Source: Chlorokybus atmophyticus (Eukaryota > Plantae > Mesostigma and Chlorokybus algae). Taken from it: a DNA stretch of 64,000 nt. Where the stretch lies: contig RHPI01000810.1 in the NCBI GenBank assembly GCA_009103225.1, positions 620,001 through 684,000 on the forward strand, in the 5' to 3' direction. Below the pieces are notes generated by a model. It had not been told where the DNA came from, made no database searches, and saw only the letters and a list, made by a program, of their open reading frames with translations. A program made the translations under genes and the position numbers. How positions within the stretch are numbered: position 1 is the first letter of the stretch; each line of letters opens with the position of its first letter. Shown here piece after piece: positions 59,692 to 64,000 of the stretch.

Positions 59692-60187
59692 TGTCACAGT
59701 CCACTTGATCATAAAAGACTTGGTGCTTTTATTGTCGATTTGTGGTTATCTGATCATTAGATAACATGATGTACCTTCCCGTAACATTCCCCCCACTTCA
59801 AAACGCTGACGTCACCGGCCCCACTGCTAAGGCCGGGTTTATACAGGCCCATACCGGTCAACTGCGCACCAAGCGCGCCTTTGTCGGCCCCACAGGTCGC
59901 ATCGCCGCGATAGGCATATCGCGTCCTGCCGCGCCGACTGAACTTCTCAGTTTGGCGCGACTGCCATCAGGCAAGTCGCGACCCTTCGATGATGGCACTT
60001 ATGAAGTGACCATTTACGATGTCAACTGGATCGAGAAACAACGACCGCGGAATTCGTGTGCAAGGCAGGAATCGAACCCGGGTCTCAAGCTGCGATACCA
60101 AAGTCACAGCCCACTCGACCATAAACCATACAAGACTAGGTGCTTTTATTGTTGATTTGTGGTTATTTAATGTACCTTTCCGTTACA
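59692..60187 (-). mobile_element. TRIM (terminal-repeat retrotransposon in miniature), 496 bp, non-autonomous
   Basis: 5' LTR 60187-60102 and 3' LTR 59786-59692 (TGT...GAC[A]); PBS TGGTATCGCAGC; PPT GAAGTGGGGGGAA; flanks ATGAG/CTGAG (4/5 TSD); no pol. Confidence 0.85.
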
Positions 60188-61457
60188 CTGAGGGCCCCTG
60201 AGGGTGCTGGGACAATAACTGCCATTAACAGCTTACTGCAACTCGCGATAGCTACATAATGGCAGTCTTTGTCACCTTCACACGCACTCTGACGTTAATT
60301 GCCATAGGCAGTTCACAACTGCTTGCAGACTGCTAGTAGTGGCAACATATATCACATCAGTGACATACAAGGCTTTTACGGCTTGTAACATTGACAAGCT
60401 ATGTGCTAGCATGTATCAATGCTCTGTGCGTAGTAACATGCCCCAGAGTCCCAAGGAGACTTGGACCAACCTTGAGCACACCTGCCAAGCTCTACATAGC
60501 TTGACAAGCGGGATCCTCACTTAGTTCTTCTTACTTACCACAAAAGTAAAGAACCGAGAGTGACTTTTGCCAGCCCTATGGGCGTGACACATGTAGCCGG
60601 TGCCACAAGTGCTGTTGACGATGCTAGAATGGAGGGCAATACTTAGAATTAGACCATGTACATATATCGTAATGTGAAATGATCATCACATGTACTTCAC
60701 TACTAGCTTGCAATAGCGTTATTCCTCTATGCAAGACCATACCACAGTGTTCACAGTCTTCGTGTAATAACAAAGACTTTGTGGACCCTACAACTGCTTT
60801 GTTTACCACCCACCATTTGCATTTTCTACAGCACACCGCAACCGGATATATTAGATTATGTTCGGTGGTGATTGTGAATGGACGATAAAACCAAACGCAA
60901 TATGACCATGATCCGTTACGCGTAACTCTTGATTACATCCAACATGGGTTGCGGGGTTGCACGCATGAAGTATTATTAAACTCTAAAAACGTCAACTTTG
61001 AATCTGAAAAGGTATGACTTGGTACCGTTCTAATAGTGGGTGCTGAAATTTGATTCCCTATCAACATGACAACTCAGTCCCTCGATACATATATATAAGC
61101 CAACCCTGAGGAACAATTGACATGTACAAGGCAGAATCATCAGCACATGCAACCTAGCAGCTATCATGTACCGCACGCTCCACTGCACATTGCATGTATG
61201 CATGCGCTGCTGTAAGGACATTAGTGATTTACCCAAGGAATGACCCTTGTGCGCCAGTCGTGTTCATTGCTGCCCACTTTGCCGTCTAGCACTGCATGCG
61301 TACAACGCAAACAATGTATGCAGCCACACGCGCTGAGTTGGGCAAAGCCATTGTGGAGAAAAGACTATACAAGTTAGGATACAAGCAGTGGTTTTCTCTG
61401 ACACCCGTCTACAGCGCAGCTAACATATCGCAGCAACTTCTGCTGCACCGCGACGCA

Positions 61458-62500
61458 TCAGCCCACACCCTTTTCATCCAGCCGGTCGAGTATGCGCTCA
61501 GCAAGTGCCTTGCTTGAGGGTAGGGTGACGGCCGGTCTGAGAAACTCAAACAGCTCTTTGACTTCTGGGACATCGACCCTGCAAACAACACTGGCTTGAA
61601 CCCAACAATAACTGTGCTCGCGCTCTTTGCATGTTGACCATGCTATTCAAGGCCAAACACAAGCACGTTGGCACACACACCCGCACACCTGCATCCACAC
61701 AACGCGCTCGTGTGCAGGCAAATTTGCACAAGCTCACAGACACGCACAAGCATGCGCAAGCAAGTGAGCGGGCGCAAGTGAGTGAGCGGATGCATGCGGA
61801 AGAGATGATACTCGGTTGGTTGCTGCTTCATATTGCACTTGTCTAGCACTCACCAATGAAACGGCAGATGGGCAGCAATTGTGGCCTTGATGAGTAGCTT
61901 CTCCAGTCGCCGCTGCTCGAGCTGGTTGAGCGGCACATCCTTGGCGCTGTACGCCACAGCCGCGGCAGCCCTCTTGACCGCCCTCGGCGGCGGGTGCTCG
62001 TTAATGTTAATCTCGCCACCACCACCGCCACCATTAGCTGCAATACCCCCAATCATCACGCCATTGTTGTTGGCGTTGTTGGGGTTGCTGTTGTGCTTGT
62101 TGGCGTGGGCGTGCGCGTTGGAAGTGGAGGTGGTGTTGCCGGCTGAGGTTGAGGCGCGCGTGCGCTTCTTAGCCTGGTGTTCGCGTCCCATCTGATTAAC
62201 ATCAGGCTGCTGGTGCGGGCAGTTGGCGAGGTGGCGGTGCATCTCATCGCTGGTGCCAAGACAGTGCCCTTGCGTTGGAGTTGGCGCATCCCCCAGCGCA
62301 TGACACGCACGGCATATCGCACCATAGTGATGCGTGTTGCGCTTCTCAGCCGTTCTGATGAAGTATTGCCAAACTAGCAGCTTTGTGTCGCTGCCCCCGC
62401 CTCCACCTCCTCCCCCTCCCCCACCCACATTCCCCACATTTCCAACAGTGTTGTTCCCCCCTGCTGTCTCTGATGCTGTTGACGACGCTGCCAGCATCAT
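61458..62500 (-). CDS. BED zinc-finger / hAT N-terminal-derived protein (~255 aa), exons 62500-61854 and 61578-61458; upstream exons possible
   Basis: VWQYF..AICRAC..MHRHLANCP (BED); IAAHLPFHW|VDVPEVKELFEFLRPAVTLPSSKAL (hAT) joined by a clean GT-AG intron; stop before the catalytic domain. Confidence 0.7.
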
Positions 62501-63266
62501 CTTTCTGTTCCTGCTGTTGATTTCTTGCCTATGCTGCTCTGGCTCTTTCTGCAATGCACGCATACCGTAAGGCCAAACAACGCATGGTCAAGATCAGCAA
62601 CGCTACTCGCGAATCGGGGTGAAACACAGCAGCAGCAGCAAGATTGAACAGACCAGACATACACGCACATTCCAGCAAGCAATGCAATGCCTGCGGGAAA
62701 AACGAGTATATGCGTGATGTACACGCATATAGAACGCGTTTTTGCCTGTGTCTTGCGAGCCAGCACATATGCTTTCATGTTTTGGACTGCACACACATGC
62801 TTACACCTTTTTTATTTCTCCTGGCAATTGGCGAAGCATAATGTAGAAAAGGATTTTATTTCTAGAAGTAAAAAAGCATATACAAGCGGCAAACCATCAA
62901 CACAACGTGCGCCGTGCTACGGCAAGCGTAAGCAACAGCAGCAGAGAGGCAGCGCTCACCTACGACGCAGCCTGCGCCTGTCCGCCAGGCCGGCAGGCCC
63001 CGCAGCAACATTGACAACTTGGGCAACAAGCTGGCCACCCTGGACGACGACACCGCCTCCGCCGCCACCCCTGCCGCCGCCGCTAAGCGCAAGAAGACGT
63101 TAAAGAGCAGTTAAGGCACTTAACGGTTGTCGCTTGCGCTTGGTTTAGACCATGGTTAAGCGTCAATCAAGCCGCATGGCAGAGATTAAGTTGTTATGGC
63201 GGAGTGTTAAGATTTTGTTTGGATAGCTGCAATTGCTGCTGTGGTCGTTAAGATGCTGCGCACAGC

Positions 63267-64000
63267 ATGGAGCAGGAGGCGGCGGCGGCGGTGGCGGCGG
63301 GAGACCTCCCACTGGATGACCGCCTGGCCCTCGCCGTGGACTACCCCGCGTTTGTGCAAGATGAAGCCGCTGCGCTCCGCACCCTCGGCGGCGAGGACGC
63401 CATTGCCGCCGCTAGGGTAATGCACAACTCTCTCTCACACAAGGACGCATGCTTACTTGTGTGTATACATGCTTACTTGCGTGCATCCACATGCACGTAC
63501 TCAGATTCCTTTCTTTTTATTTCAGAGTAGAGGCAGTTTCTTGGAGCTACGTTTTCGCCCTGGCGACGTGTTTTCGCACCCTCTGTACGGCGACCTGCAG
63601 CGCACATGCAACCTGCTGCTGCGCGTACGCGTGAAGAAGAGGAGGAAGAAAAAGAGGAATAAATTGAACCATGACGCAGAACAAGAAGAAGCAGAAGGGG
63701 ATGAGGATGGAGGAGGAGGTGGAGATCAAGGAGGAGGACAAGGAAGGTGTATGGATGCAGAAGCAGGTCAGAGCTTTGCATGCAAGCATACTAGCTGCAC
63801 CGTTGCATGCATGCGTGCAAGCATGCAAGCCTTATGACTGAAACTACAAGATGTGGAATGTTGCCGGTCTTGCTCACTCACTCACACACGGTTGCATGCA
63901 CGTACTCAATCAATACACAGACACACGCATGCACACTCGTGCACGCTCGCACGCGCAGCCACTCACCCAGCCACTTCTGACTGCAGGTCAGATGCTGCGC
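63267..64000 (+). CDS. GTF3C5: General transcription factor IIIC subunit 5 (tau95/Tfc1), 5' part only
   Basis: AVDYPAFVQD..ALRTLGG..I then LELRFRPGDVFSHPLYG..NLLLRV; exons 63267-63416 and from about 63526; truncated by the window end. Confidence 0.85.

Noticed and set aside
60055-60130. A functional tRNA gene
   Set aside because: Boxes A and B are present, but there is no acceptor stem or D-stem pairing and the anticodon arm is non-canonical; it lies within the TRIM and is reported as a tRNA-like promoter
1-64000. CRISPR arrays, rRNA genes, prokaryotic operons; most short ORFs in the six-frame track
   Set aside because: No repeat-spacer arrays or rRNA motifs seen; the window is eukaryotic, and most listed ORFs are antisense or intronic shadows, often starting at non-ATG codons

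Overview
Eukaryotic, intron-rich (GT-AG) nuclear DNA with four N gaps. The gene set (class III HD-Zip, FKBP20-2, CNX3, ECT12-like YTH, telo-boxes) points to a green plant, most plausibly an early-diverging streptophyte alga; this is inference. Host genes in order: ALDH3 (+), membralin (-), YTHDC/ECT12-like (+), FKBP20-2 (-), TIM21 (+), HD-Zip III-like (+), sideroflexin (-), CNX3/MoaC (+), ATG11 (+), a BED-finger hAT-derived gene (-) and TFIIIC tau95 (+, cut by the window end). Mobile elements: a decayed pogo/Tigger transposase, a full-length decayed Ty3/gypsy chromovirus with a GCGTA target-site duplication and asymmetric LTRs, a tentative MULE remnant, a TIR-bounded DDE_1 transposon with TA TSD, a decayed Penelope-like element with an N-terminal GIY-YIG, and a ~500-bp TRIM. 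Top observations: (1) a compact 338-aa HD-Zip III protein that joins the homeodomain-leucine zipper directly to MEKHLA, with no START/SAD domains; (2) a TRIM whose 5' LTR/PBS junction forms a tRNA-like Pol III box A/box B promoter ahead of a hairpin-rich internal domain; (3) a Chlamys/Naiad-type permuted Penelope element; (4) uORFs ahead of ATG11, one carrying an AIM-like motif; (5) a possibly domesticated, spliced BED/hAT gene. Family assignments come from manual translation and recalled motifs; no database searches were run.
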